The translations under genes were made by a program, and so were the position numbers. The notes beneath the pieces were generated by a model, which worked only from the letters and a program-made list of their open reading frames with translations, did no database searches and was not told the origin of the DNA. Shown here piece by piece: positions 9,158 through 18,843 of a stretch of DNA of 64,000 nucleotides (positions are counted from its first letter, which is position 1; each line of letters starts with the position of its first letter). The stretch comes from Candidatus Falkowbacteria bacterium (GTDB lineage: Bacteria > Patescibacteriota > Patescibacteriia > UBA11705 > JABHMO01), in NCBI GenBank assembly GCA_018674305.1, contig JABHAL010000010.1, positions 25,708-89,707 of the forward strand, in the 5' to 3' direction.

Positions 9158-10750
9158 ATGAATATTCACAAACAACTAGTTTTGAAACTAGCTGGCTTGA
9201 AGGTAAAAAATTCTAATCGCCTAAACAAAGTCAAACGCCAGTTTGCCAACAAACACAAGATCGGCATGATAAGCAATGCCGAACTTTTGTATTTATATCG
9301 ACAAATGCTCAAGAAAAAAGCGCTACCTCACAATGAAGACCTAGAAAAATTATTACAAAAAAGAAAAATCCGCACATTGTCAGGTGTAGCCCCTGTTGCA
9401 GTTTTGACAAAACCATACCCCTGCCCAGGAAAATGTGCCTACTGTCCAGACGAAAAATTAATGCCCAAAAGCTACCTATCAAATGAACCGGCAGTTATGA
9501 GGGCAATTTTAACTAAGTTTGATCCGTTTACCCAAGTAAATGTACGAATTCGCGCACTAACTGACAATGGCCACCTGACCGATAAAATTGAATTAATCAT
9601 TATGGGTGGCACCTGGTCATACTTTCCTAAACAATATCAAAGTTGGTTTATAAAAAGATGTTTTGATGCTTGTAATGGAAAAACTGCCAAGAATATAGAA
9701 CAAGCTCACAAGTGGAACGAAAACGCCAAACATCGTATTGTTGCTCTAACTATAGAAACAAGACCTGATTATGTTTCCCAAAAAGAAATTGCCTACTGGC
9801 GAAAACTTGGAGCAACCAAAGTAGAACTTGGTGTACAATCGCTTAATGATAAAGTTTTGCATTTAAATAAAAGAGGTCACTATATCAAGGAAGTAGCTGA
9901 AGCTACAAAATTATTCAAAATGGCTGGTTTCAAAGTGGCCTACCACATGATGCCGAATTTGCCAGGCTCAACCACTGCTAAGGATTTAAAAGATTTTAAA
10001 ACTCTTTTCGGAGACGAAGGATTTCAGCCGGACTTGATTAAAATTTACCCAACGGTTGTAACAAAGAACTCCCTACTTTTTCGTTGGTGGAAACAAGGCA
10101 AATACAAACCTTATTCAGCAAAAAAATTATTCGATTTACTTATCAAAATAAAGTTGTTAGTACCAGCCTATGTAAGAATCATCCGTTTAATTAGAGACAT
10201 TCCACTTGAAAGCATTGAAGCTGGCAATCCTATTTCCAACCTAAGACAAGATCTACAAAAGGAGTTACATAAGCAAGGTAAATTCTGTAAATGTATTCGT
10301 TGTCGCGAAGCGCGTGAAGATTTACAAGGATTAGACAAAGCAAAGCTATCCAAAATTCACTACCAGGCACCTGATGCTGATGAATATTTTTATCAACTAA
10401 CAAATTATAATAAAAAGAAGTTATTTGCATTCCTTCGTTTAAGATTACCACACAAAGACGAGCAAAACTTTATTCCAGAACTTCAAGATTGTGCTATGAT
10501 TCGCGAAATTCACACTTACGGTCGTTTAACTCCCTTAGAAAAAGAAAAAAAGAAAAAGAACATTCAACATTCAGGACTTGGAACAAAACTAACACTGGAA
10601 GCTGAAGAGTTTGCTAAGAAAAAAGGCTTCGCTAAAATGGCCGTGATTTCTGGCGTAGGCGTACGCGGTTTTTACAAAAAACTTGGCTATAAGCAAGTTG
10701 GGACATATATGATTAAAGATTTAAGTTGTAAGACTAAAACAAAGAAATAA
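9158..10750 (+). CDS. Elp3-like radical SAM/GNAT protein (putative tRNA uridine(34) acetyltransferase)
   Basis: 530 aa. CPGKCAYCP is a Cx3CxxC radical-SAM cluster motif, and the C-terminal GNAT region is HSGLGTKLTLEAEEFAKKKGFAKMAVISGVGVRGFYKKLGY. The domain order is that of Elp3. Confidence 0.75.
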   Translation: MNIHKQLVLKLAGLKVKNSNRLNKVKRQFANKHKIGMISNAELLYLYRQMLKKKALPHNEDLEKLLQKRKIRTLSGVAPVAVLTKPYPCPGKCAYCPDEKLMPKSYLSNEPAVMRAILTKFDPFTQVNVRIRALTDNGHLTDKIELIIMGGTWSYFPKQYQSWFIKRCFDACNGKTAKNIEQAHKWNENAKHRIVALTIETRPDYVSQKEIAYWRKLGATKVELGVQSLNDKVLHLNKRGHYIKEVAEATKLFKMAGFKVAYHMMPNLPGSTTAKDLKDFKTLFGDEGFQPDLIKIYPTVVTKNSLLFRWWKQGKYKPYSAKKLFDLLIKIKLLVPAYVRIIRLIRDIPLESIEAGNPISNLRQDLQKELHKQGKFCKCIRCREAREDLQGLDKAKLSKIHYQAPDADEYFYQLTNYNKKKLFAFLRLRLPHKDEQNFIPELQDCAMIREIHTYGRLTPLEKEKKKKNIQHSGLGTKLTLEAEEFAKKKGFAKMAVISGVGVRGFYKKLGYKQVGTYMIKDLSCKTKTKK

Positions 10751-10898
10751 AAACACCGAAACCCTTTCCTGAATTTAATCCACTCAAAATAAAGTACCTT
10801 CAATTAATATACATTAACCTCGACTAGTCTTGGCAAAAACACCAATTTAGTATAAAATAAACTTACTTAAATATCACAACTTTAACCTAAAATCTAAC

Positions 10899-12788
10899 AT
10901 GAAAGTATACTCAGGCTCAAAATATCCTAAACATAAAAGTTACTACAAAAAACCCTTTCTAAAAACAAGAGGCTTTTATTTTTTATTAATAGTAATTATC
11001 GCCGTAAGTAGTTTTATATACTTTTCTATCAAAAACACTTCCCCGGAAGATATTAACGACCAAAAATTTTCTGATCAAAATAATTTGCCTATCAACTCCG
11101 CAAAAGTACTGCTTGCTGACGGCAGCCTCGAAATCAAAGCCCCAAATGAAAACTGGCAAGCCATAGGTCCAGATTTTCAAATTGAAAGCCAAAGCTATAT
11201 CAAAACCGGCTCAGACTCAAAAGCGATCATTGAATTACCTGATAAAAGCTTAATTCGCATGAAGGCCGACACTCAAATCAAACTTGAAGAAATCGGGATG
11301 GCCGATATTATTATTGAGCAACTAAACGGAACCGCCTTTCATCGAGTTAATGATAGTTCCACTGCAATCTACCGCGTCAAAAACGGTTCATCTGAGCTGA
11401 CTGCCCTCGGAACAGCCTTTAATGTTTTTACAACTAGTCAATTAACTAAAGTCACTGTAACGGAAAGCAGAGTCAAGGCTAAAATATATGACAAAGATGA
11501 AAATATTATTAACATGAGAACAATTGATAGTGGCACCACGGCAACAATTAATCCTGATTTAGCTTTAGAAAAAATGATAGAAACTGAAGATGTTTCCAGC
11601 AATGACCTGATTGACGACAATTGGTACGCCTGGAACCTGGAACAAGACCAAAATTATAAATTTTTTACTGGCATCTTTGAACAAACTATAAAATTAGTTA
11701 TAACGAAACCTGAAAAAGCGGAAATGACCGTTGATAATGAGAAAATCACCATCGCTGGTGAAACAGAGCCTGGCGCTGACATCTTTATGTCTGGAAAAGA
11801 ACTGGATAACAACGATGGGCACTTTGAAACTGAATATTTATTAGGTTCAGGTGAAAACGAAATTGAAATTGTTGTCCAAAAAGGCAAAAACAAAAACAAG
11901 AGATTACTTTTAATAACCTCTACGAAAGAAAAATCTATTCTAACATTATCTGGCAAAACTGAAGATAACGCAGTTACTTTATCCTGGGAATCTGAGAACC
12001 TTGATGACTTCACAGATTTCATTGTCCTAAAAGGTGGGACCGAAGATCCAACATATCCAGATGCACCATATCATTCAGTCAAATCAACTCTTTTTTCAGA
12101 CACTTGGTCAAACTTAAGTGATGGTCACTATTTCTTCCGTATTTGTACCTTAAACAGTGAAAATGAGTGCTCTAATTATACAGATAATTATGAAACTTCT
12201 GTTGGTGAAAACAATGTTACCGAGGGGTCAATTGCTTTAGTTGCCACAAAAGAAGACGAAAATATAACGCTAAGTTGGAATTTAAGTAATGACTTGAACC
12301 CAACAGATGGGTTTAAAACCATTATCTCTCAAACTGAAGATCCTGTTTATCCAGGTAATTCCTATCATTCATTAAATAGTAATGAACGTAATGACACTTG
12401 GAAAAAACTTACTCCTGCAACATATTATTTTCGAGTTTGCCTACTCAAAGACAATGTCTGTATTTTGTACAGCAATAATGTAGCTATTGAACTCGAAGAA
12501 TTACAACAAACTGGTAAATTAACTTTAATTGGTGCACAAAATGGAAATAAAATCGACCTAGCCTGGGAAAACTCAGACACTCCAGTTACCAAAGGATTTA
12601 AAGTAATCATGGGTGAAAGTCCTGGAATCACTTTTCCAAGCAAAGACCACCATCTAATAACTTCCAATACCGCAACTAATGACTCCTGGGCAAACCTAGA
12701 AACAGGAAAAACTTACTACTTTCGTATTTGTCAAAACTTAGGTAGTAGTTGTGGCGTTTATAGTAATGAAGTAAAAATCAATTTTTAA
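10899..12788 (+). CDS. Membrane-anchored surface protein with four tandem ~100-aa fibronectin-III-like repeats
   Basis: 629 aa with an N-terminal transmembrane segment (FYFLLIVIIAVSSFIYF). Repeat ends recur: YFFRICTLNSENECSNYT, YYFRVCLLKDNVCILYSNNV and YYFRICQNLGSSCGVYSNEV. Confidence 0.65.
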   Translation: MKVYSGSKYPKHKSYYKKPFLKTRGFYFLLIVIIAVSSFIYFSIKNTSPEDINDQKFSDQNNLPINSAKVLLADGSLEIKAPNENWQAIGPDFQIESQSYIKTGSDSKAIIELPDKSLIRMKADTQIKLEEIGMADIIIEQLNGTAFHRVNDSSTAIYRVKNGSSELTALGTAFNVFTTSQLTKVTVTESRVKAKIYDKDENIINMRTIDSGTTATINPDLALEKMIETEDVSSNDLIDDNWYAWNLEQDQNYKFFTGIFEQTIKLVITKPEKAEMTVDNEKITIAGETEPGADIFMSGKELDNNDGHFETEYLLGSGENEIEIVVQKGKNKNKRLLLITSTKEKSILTLSGKTEDNAVTLSWESENLDDFTDFIVLKGGTEDPTYPDAPYHSVKSTLFSDTWSNLSDGHYFFRICTLNSENECSNYTDNYETSVGENNVTEGSIALVATKEDENITLSWNLSNDLNPTDGFKTIISQTEDPVYPGNSYHSLNSNERNDTWKKLTPATYYFRVCLLKDNVCILYSNNVAIELEELQQTGKLTLIGAQNGNKIDLAWENSDTPVTKGFKVIMGESPGITFPSKDHHLITSNTATNDSWANLETGKTYYFRICQNLGSSCGVYSNEVKINF

Positions 12789-12792
12789 AAAT

Positions 12793-12915
12793 AACCAATT
12801 GACCAATTAACCAAACTCTAAACAAATACGAATATTCAAAATACAAATTATTTTAAATTTAAAGCTTTTGAGTTTTGAATTTTAATTAGGATTTGATAAA
12901 TTGATTAATTGATAA
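12793..12915. repeat. Intergenic repeat family, copy A (CAATTGAYCAATT-ended element)
   Basis: 5' end aaccaattgaccaatt...ccaaactctaaacaaatacgaat, 3' end ttaggatttgataaattgattaattg. It aligns with copies at 15745-15900, 30512-30628 and 53443-53568. Confidence 0.65.
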
Positions 12916-12925
12916 TTAACTTAGT

Positions 12926-14176
12926 ATGCTTACTCACCTATCAAAACAAGATCCTCAAATTGCTGAGGCCATAGAAAAAGAGCTCAAACGACAACAAGAA
13001 GTAATTGAGCTCATTCCTTCAGAAAATTTTGTTTCAGTATCAGTTCTTGAAGCGCTGGGTAGTGTCCTGACTAACAAATATTCAGAAGGTTATCCAGGTA
13101 ATCGTTATTATGGTGGAACCGAAAACGTAGATATTACCGAACAACTGGCGATTGACCGAGCGAAACAACTATTTCAAGCTGAGCATGCTAATGTTCAACC
13201 ATTATCTGGTGCGCCAGCTAATATTGCAGCTTATTTTGCTTTGCTTAAACCAGGCGACACAATTTTGGGGATGGACCTATCACATGGTGGTCATTTAACC
13301 CATGGACATCCAGTTACTTCCATGTCAAAAATATTCAATTTCATAAGATACAAAACTGACAAAGAAACCGGATTGATTGATTATGATAATTTACTAGAGA
13401 TGGCCAAAGAACATCAGCCTAAATTAATTTTAGTTGGCTACTCAGCATATTCCAGAGAGATTGATTACCAAAAAGTTCAACAAATCGCTGATGAAGTTGG
13501 AGCCTTAACCATGGCTGACATTGCGCACATAGCGGGCTTAATTGCAGCTGGGGTAATGAACAATCCTGTACCAATCTTTGATATTGTTACAACTACAACT
13601 CACAAAACTTTAAGAGGCCCTCGCGGAGGCATGATCCTATGCAAAGAAAAATGGGCCGGAAAAGTTGACAAGGCCGTTTTCCCTGGATTGCAAGGTGGCC
13701 CACATGAACATAATATTGCAGGAAAAGCCGTTGCTTTTGGTGAAGCTCTAAAACCTGAGTTTAAAGTTTACGCAGCTCAAATCCTAAAGAATGCCAAAGC
13801 TCTAGAAAACAAACTAAAGGAACATGATTACAAAATAATGTTTGGTACAACCGAAAATCATTTATTATTAATTGATGTTTCAAACAAAAACTTATCTGGC
13901 AAACAGGCTCAAGAACTATTGGATTCAGTTGGCATCACTTGTAATAAAAACATGATCCCCGATGACCCAAGAAGCCCGATGGATCCATCTGGCATCAGGC
14001 TAGGAACCCCAGCCATGACCTCTCGTGGCTTTACTGAACAAGACTTTGAATTAGTTGGTGAACTCATTGCCAAAACTTTAGCTAACCCAGAGGATCAGCA
14101 GGTTCATTCTGAAGTTAAACAACAGATTCAGCAGTTGACCACGAAATACCCGCTCTATCCAGAATTAAATAACTAA
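12926..14176 (+). CDS. glyA: Serine hydroxymethyltransferase
   Basis: 416 aa. It contains the PLP-lysine region TTTTHKTLRGPRGGMI and is SHMT-like throughout. Confidence 0.92.
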   Translation: MLTHLSKQDPQIAEAIEKELKRQQEVIELIPSENFVSVSVLEALGSVLTNKYSEGYPGNRYYGGTENVDITEQLAIDRAKQLFQAEHANVQPLSGAPANIAAYFALLKPGDTILGMDLSHGGHLTHGHPVTSMSKIFNFIRYKTDKETGLIDYDNLLEMAKEHQPKLILVGYSAYSREIDYQKVQQIADEVGALTMADIAHIAGLIAAGVMNNPVPIFDIVTTTTHKTLRGPRGGMILCKEKWAGKVDKAVFPGLQGGPHEHNIAGKAVAFGEALKPEFKVYAAQILKNAKALENKLKEHDYKIMFGTTENHLLLIDVSNKNLSGKQAQELLDSVGITCNKNMIPDDPRSPMDPSGIRLGTPAMTSRGFTEQDFELVGELIAKTLANPEDQQVHSEVKQQIQQLTTKYPLYPELNN

Positions 14177-14236
14177 TTATATACTAATACTAACAAAAAG
14201 TATTAATCATATGATCAAATTATATTCAAATCAACT

Positions 14237-15061
14237 ATGATAGAAAAAATAATAGATGGTAATGATCTAAGCGAAAAATTTATCCAAAAAATTAAAAAGC
14301 AAGTTCGAGAAATGGAAGAAAAACCAAGCTTGGCTGCTATTTTAGTTGGAGATGATCCAAGCTCAAACTTATATGTTAAATTAAAAAAACGAGCTTGTGA
14401 CGAATGCGAAATTGACTTTCATGGTTATACCATCGAAAAAGATTTCTCCGAAGAAGAACTCATCAAAACCATCCACTTTTTAAATTCTGATCCCAGTACT
14501 GACGGGATTTTAGTTCAATTACCTTTACCCCCCCAATATAATACTGACAAAGTTATTGCTGAACTTGATTTCCGGAAGGACATTGACGGTTTTCATCCGA
14601 CTAACCGAGAAAACATGCAGAAATGTGTCTACAAATTAATGCCTCCGCTACCCGGAGCAATTATCGAAATGATCAAATCTACTGGTGAAGTTATTGAGAA
14701 TAAACAAATTTGTGTTCTTTGCAACACCCCAATGTTTGCTGATCCATTTAAATGTGTTTGGCAAGCCAAAAATACAATTGAAGTAATAACGACTAAAGAT
14801 AATTGGTCTGAAGCCACAAAAAAAGCGGACATATTAATAGTCGCTGTAGGAAATCCTAATTTAATTACTAAAGACTCAATAAAACAAGATGCTATCATTA
14901 TTGATGTGGGAATAAACAAAGTTGGCAAACAAATTATAGGTGATGTAGATCTTGATGATGTAATTGAAAAAGTAAAATATATTTCTCCAGTTCCTCGTGG
15001 CGTAGGTCCCATGACCATTGCCATGTTGCTAAAAAACCTTGTTGAACTGAAAACTTTTTAA
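14237..15061 (+). CDS. folD: Bifunctional methylenetetrahydrofolate dehydrogenase/cyclohydrolase
   Basis: 274 aa with PSSNLYVKLKKRACDE, GILVQLPLP and a C-terminal PVPRGVGPMTIAML, which is diagnostic for FolD. Confidence 0.9.
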   Translation: MIEKIIDGNDLSEKFIQKIKKQVREMEEKPSLAAILVGDDPSSNLYVKLKKRACDECEIDFHGYTIEKDFSEEELIKTIHFLNSDPSTDGILVQLPLPPQYNTDKVIAELDFRKDIDGFHPTNRENMQKCVYKLMPPLPGAIIEMIKSTGEVIENKQICVLCNTPMFADPFKCVWQAKNTIEVITTKDNWSEATKKADILIVAVGNPNLITKDSIKQDAIIIDVGINKVGKQIIGDVDLDDVIEKVKYISPVPRGVGPMTIAMLLKNLVELKTF

Positions 15062-15095
15062 AAAAATTTAGGGCCTGCTCCTTAGAGTCAGGCCC
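15058..15095 (-). terminator. Rho-independent terminator on the minus strand
   Basis: Stem gggcctg/caggccc (15071-15095), followed on the minus strand by a U-run (plus A-run 15058-15066). The plus strand has no T-run after the hairpin. Confidence 0.6.
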
Positions 15096-15612
15096 AATAT
15101 TATAACAAGTATTAAACGAACTAGCCCGGTGGCTCTTCAGTCTGCTGCAGAGTCTGCATGCGAACGGCCTCCTTCAAGCTTAACAATTTACAGGGAGGGT
15201 TAAACCGCCCGAATCGAATCACTATTGTTCGATCCTGACTACCTCGACGTTTACGCGATTTTACGCGAAAAGTCTCGATTTTCCAGGTTTTCCAGCCAAG
15301 CTGTTCAGTTAACTGCTCGATGTGTACGTTCACGAGACAAATCCAGGTGGTCGACTTACAAAGTTTCAACATTTCAATTTAATTGCGACCTTTCAAAAAA
15401 CGTACACTATGAGCTCACATCAGCAATCGCCAGTCATTCGTGGTCCCTCCGTTTTTTATTATCAAATTAGCTCTAAAGAACGTCGGACATTTTTCCCCCT
15501 CCGAACTGGGTGCCACGAGCTAGAGGAATCTCTGCTCGCCAACTACGCATGGTGGCATCACCCCCACCTCGGGCTTCACGCTGAATAACTCAAAGGCTCT
15601 CAGCATGAACGT
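15096..15612 (-). ncRNA. Candidate structured ncRNA of about 520-540 nt, identity unresolved (an RNase P RNA or tmRNA class cannot be excluded)
   Basis: A GC-rich (~50%) island in a ~33% GC genome with no credible ORF; the track ORFs here overlap on both strands. It has a consensus promoter on the minus strand upstream and a terminator downstream. It contains long-range complementary segments such as gggtgccac...gtggcatcaccc. Confidence 0.5.
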
Positions 15613-15618
15613 AACTGC

Positions 15619-15647
15619 ATTATAGCATATACTTAACAACTTGTCAA
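15619..15647 (-). promoter_or_regulatory. Sigma70-type promoter on the minus strand (TTGACA-17-TATAAT) driving the candidate ncRNA
   Basis: On the minus strand: TTGACA (plus 15642-15647), a 17-nt spacer, then TATAAT (plus 15619-15624). Both hexamers match the consensus perfectly. Confidence 0.55.
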
Positions 15648-15744
15648 TAGCCAGATTAACTGCAAGCTAATTTTACACAAAATACTTATCCAGAGTCTAT
15701 TCACTTGTGCTTATTACAATACTCTAATAAGATGTAGATAGATA

Positions 15745-15900
15745 ATGATCAATTGACCAATTTGCCAAATCCTAAACAATGTCAAAACTCAAAATGATAA
15801 AATACGAATTTCACTTTTGAATTTGTATTTCTATATTCCTCAACCGACCAACAATTCAACAGTAATTTAGATTTTGATCAATTGATTAATTATAATTTTC
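15745..15900. repeat. Intergenic repeat family, copy B
   Basis: gatcaattgaccaatttgccaaatcctaaacaa...aaatacgaattt...ttttgaattt...ttagattttgatcaattgattaatt, immediately upstream of dnaB. Confidence 0.65.
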
Positions 15901-15907
15901 AATAAAT

Positions 15908-17299
15908 ATGTCCGATCAATTACCTAGCAAAATCCCACCACAAAACCTAGAAGCTGAGCAATCTTTGCTAGGCTCTCTTTTGTTAGATAAACATGCATTA
16001 GACAAAATTGCGGACATTATAGACCCTGATGATTTTTACAAAGAGGCCCACCGCTACATTTATGAAGGCATGGTAGATATATACTCAAGACAAGAACCAA
16101 TTGACTTGTTAACCATAACTAACCTTTTAGAAGAACGAAATCATTTAAAAAAAGTTGGGGGGCGCAGTTATCTGGCGAACCTAGCTAATATTGTGCCTAC
16201 GGCCAGTCATGTTATACAATACGCTCACATTATCAAGAAAAAAGCTACTTTGCGACGATTACAACGTGTGGCAACTGAAATTGTGGGCTTATCCAGCAAT
16301 GAAGATGAGGACATTGATAAATTACTAGACCTATCCGAACAAAAACTGTTTACTGTCTCACAACGTTTTTTGAAACAAAGTTTTACTCCAATTAGCAACA
16401 TTCTGGGCGACACTTTTGACAGGATTGATGATATGCACAAAAACTCTGGTCAAATGCGTGGCTTGGCCAGTGGATTTACTGAACTAGATACTCTTCTAGC
16501 AGGATTCCAAAAATCAGACTTAATTGTTTTAGCGGCCCGGCCATCTGTAGGAAAAACTTCCATAGCATTAGACATGGTTCGAGAAATTGGTATTCGAGGA
16601 AAGGTACCAGTTGGTATTTTCAGCTTGGAAATGTCCAAGGAGCAAGTGGTTGACCGCCTGCTCTGCGCTGAATCAAACGTTGATTTATGGAAACTAAGAA
16701 CCGGTCGCCTATCTGACCGTGAAGATGATGATGATTTTCCTAGATTGGGTCATGCCATGGGATTATTATCTGAATCTCCAATTTTCATTGATGATTCAGC
16801 CACCTTAAATGTAATGGAGATCCGAACCAAAGCACGACGATTAAAATCTGAACATAATTTAGGAATGATAGTAATTGATTATCTTCAGTTGATGGAAGCG
16901 CGCGCCAACTCTGAAAGTCGCGTACAGGCTGTAGCAGAAATCACTCGCGCACTTAAAGGAATTGCTCGTGAATTAGATATTCCGGTGTTAGCATTATCTC
17001 AGTTATCCCGTGCGGTAGAAATGAACAAGCCAGCGATTCCAAAATTAGCGAACTTGCGTGAATCTGGTTCAATTGAGCAGGATGCTGATGTTGTACTCTT
17101 CATTTACCGTAAAGCTTCAGATAGAAATTACCGAGATGAAGAATTGACGGCGCAGGAAAAACATATTGCTGAAGTTCACATTGCCAAACATAGAAACGGG
17201 CCTACTGGCCTAGTAAAACTCTTTTTTGACGGACCTAAGGCCAGTTTTCGTAACCTTGATAAACGATTTTCACAACATGAATCCAGCTTTGATGAATAA
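15908..17299 (+). CDS. dnaB: Replicative DNA helicase DnaB
   Basis: 463 aa with a DnaB N-domain, Walker A ARPSVGKTSIALDM, and a RecA-like C-terminal domain. Confidence 0.92.
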   Translation: MSDQLPSKIPPQNLEAEQSLLGSLLLDKHALDKIADIIDPDDFYKEAHRYIYEGMVDIYSRQEPIDLLTITNLLEERNHLKKVGGRSYLANLANIVPTASHVIQYAHIIKKKATLRRLQRVATEIVGLSSNEDEDIDKLLDLSEQKLFTVSQRFLKQSFTPISNILGDTFDRIDDMHKNSGQMRGLASGFTELDTLLAGFQKSDLIVLAARPSVGKTSIALDMVREIGIRGKVPVGIFSLEMSKEQVVDRLLCAESNVDLWKLRTGRLSDREDDDDFPRLGHAMGLLSESPIFIDDSATLNVMEIRTKARRLKSEHNLGMIVIDYLQLMEARANSESRVQAVAEITRALKGIARELDIPVLALSQLSRAVEMNKPAIPKLANLRESGSIEQDADVVLFIYRKASDRNYRDEELTAQEKHIAEVHIAKHRNGPTGLVKLFFDGPKASFRNLDKRFSQHESSFDE

Positions 17300-17321
17300 T
17301 TTATTATAAAGTATTATTTTT

Positions 17322-17588
17322 ATGTTCGACAAACTAAAAATGCTAAAACAAGCAAAAGACTTACAATCCAAAATGGCCAGCATGAACTTTGATCATGAAG
17401 AAAACGGAATTAAGCTTTCAGTGAATGGCAAACAAGAAGTAATTTCTCTTGAAATTACTAATGATGAATTACTCGAAGATAAAGAAAAATTAGAAAGACT
17501 CTTGAAACAAACTGTAAATAATGCAATCCAAAATTCTCAACGCCAGGCAGCCATGAGCATGCAAGGTGAACTCGGTGGACTGTTTTAA
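17322..17588 (+). CDS. ybaB: YbaB/EbfC nucleoid-associated protein
   Basis: 88 aa with a typical YbaB sequence, lying between dnaB and recR as in the conserved dnaX-ybaB-recR neighbourhood. Confidence 0.8.
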   Translation: MFDKLKMLKQAKDLQSKMASMNFDHEENGIKLSVNGKQEVISLEITNDELLEDKEKLERLLKQTVNNAIQNSQRQAAMSMQGELGGLF

Positions 17589-17640
17589 TTTTACCAGAAA
17601 TGAGGCCTGCACAGTGTACAGGCCCTACCCACCTCGTTTT

Positions 17641-18243
17641 ATGCGTTATCCTGAAACTATCAACAACCTAATCGAATCCTTTTCTCGCCTACCGGGAATT
17701 GGACGCAAAACTGCTGAGCGGTTTGTTTTTTATTTACTAAAGAGACCTGGTGCTGAAATTGAAAAATTTGCCAAAAACCTGTATGAACTGCAAAAACACA
17801 ACTTTACTTGTCCAGATTGTTTTAATTTTTCCGAAAACCAAGGATTATGTTCAATTTGTTCTGATTCAACCAGAAACCAAAATACAATTTGTGTAATTGA
17901 AGAATTCCATGATCTAAATGTTATTGAAGCTACAGGTGAATATAAGGGACTATATCACGTACTTGGTGGCAAAATAGACCCCCCTGAAGGCATCACTCCG
18001 GACAAACTAAAAATAAAGGAGTTATTGAGGAGAATACAACAAAACAATATTCAAGAAATTATTCTAGCCTTGAATCCAGACATTCAGGGTGAAGGAACTA
18101 TTATTTACTTAAAAAACATTCTTAAACCTCTAAACATAAAATTAACTCTACTCGCACGAGGACTTCCAATGGGATCTGACATTGAATATGCGGATGAAAT
18201 TACATTGAGTAATGCTCTGAAAGGGCGACAAGAATTAAAATAA
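17641..18243 (+). CDS. recR: Recombination protein RecR
   Basis: The RecR N-terminal MRYPETINNLIESFSRLPGIGRKTAERF, a C4 zinc finger CPDC...CSIC, and a Toprim region. The track ORF starts earlier (17566) and overlaps ybaB; the MRYP start is preferred. Confidence 0.88.
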   Translation: MRYPETINNLIESFSRLPGIGRKTAERFVFYLLKRPGAEIEKFAKNLYELQKHNFTCPDCFNFSENQGLCSICSDSTRNQNTICVIEEFHDLNVIEATGEYKGLYHVLGGKIDPPEGITPDKLKIKELLRRIQQNNIQEIILALNPDIQGEGTIIYLKNILKPLNIKLTLLARGLPMGSDIEYADEITLSNALKGRQELK

Positions 18244-18420
18244 ACAGTTTATAATCAACACTTTCAGCTTAGCATTCCACGGGGTCTGGGGCGGAGTTCG
18301 CCCTCGCACTTCCCACGAACAAAAATTGTCCCCACGCGAATTCGAAGCTCCAGCGTTTTTTGGTTACTTTTTGACGCCAAAAAGTAACTCACCGAAGGAC
18401 AACTCCTGGCATGATTATTA

Positions 18421-18452
18421 AAAATAAAAAACAGGCCTTATGGCCTGTTTTT
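18421..18452. terminator. Bidirectional rho-independent terminator between recR and rplU
   Basis: caggcc-ttat-ggcctg, flanked by an A-run on the left and a T-run on the right. Confidence 0.7.
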
Positions 18453-18462
18453 ATATTGTAAA

Positions 18463-18777
18463 TTAAACTTTGTTGATCTTAACTTTTGTAAAATGTTGCC
18501 TGTGTCCAGCTTTTCGTCTATACCTTGTCTTTCTTTTATATTTTACAACTATCACTTTTTTATCACGAGCTTGTTCTAATATTTCAGCTTCAACCTTGGC
18601 ATCCTTAAGAAAAGGTTTACCAATTTCTAGCTTTGAACCTTTGTCGTCTGATTTTAGTAAAACTTGGTCAAACTCAATTTTATCACCAACTTCACCTGGT
18701 AATTTCTCAAATTTCATTAATTGTCCTTTGGTAACTTTGTACTGCTTACCACCAGTTTTTATCACTGCTAAACTCAT
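18463..18777 (-). CDS. rplU: 50S ribosomal protein L21
   Basis: 104 aa. MSLAVIKTGGKQYKVTKGQ is the bL21 signature N-terminus. Confidence 0.9.
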   Translation of the reverse strand: MSLAVIKTGGKQYKVTKGQLMKFEKLPGEVGDKIEFDQVLLKSDDKGSKLEIGKPFLKDAKVEAEILEQARDKKVIVVKYKRKTRYRRKAGHRQHFTKVKINKV

Positions 18778-18843
18778 ATTATTGAAGAAAACAAACGGGA
18801 ATGTTCTCTTGTAATTTTAGATGTTAACTAACCATAGGATACA

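Noticed and set aside
15121-15588. Three mutually overlapping 81-88-aa ORFs on both strands
   Set aside because: They sit in the GC-rich ncRNA candidate. Their arginine-rich translations are typical of spurious ORFs in GC-rich RNA genes, and no Shine-Dalgarno sequence is present.
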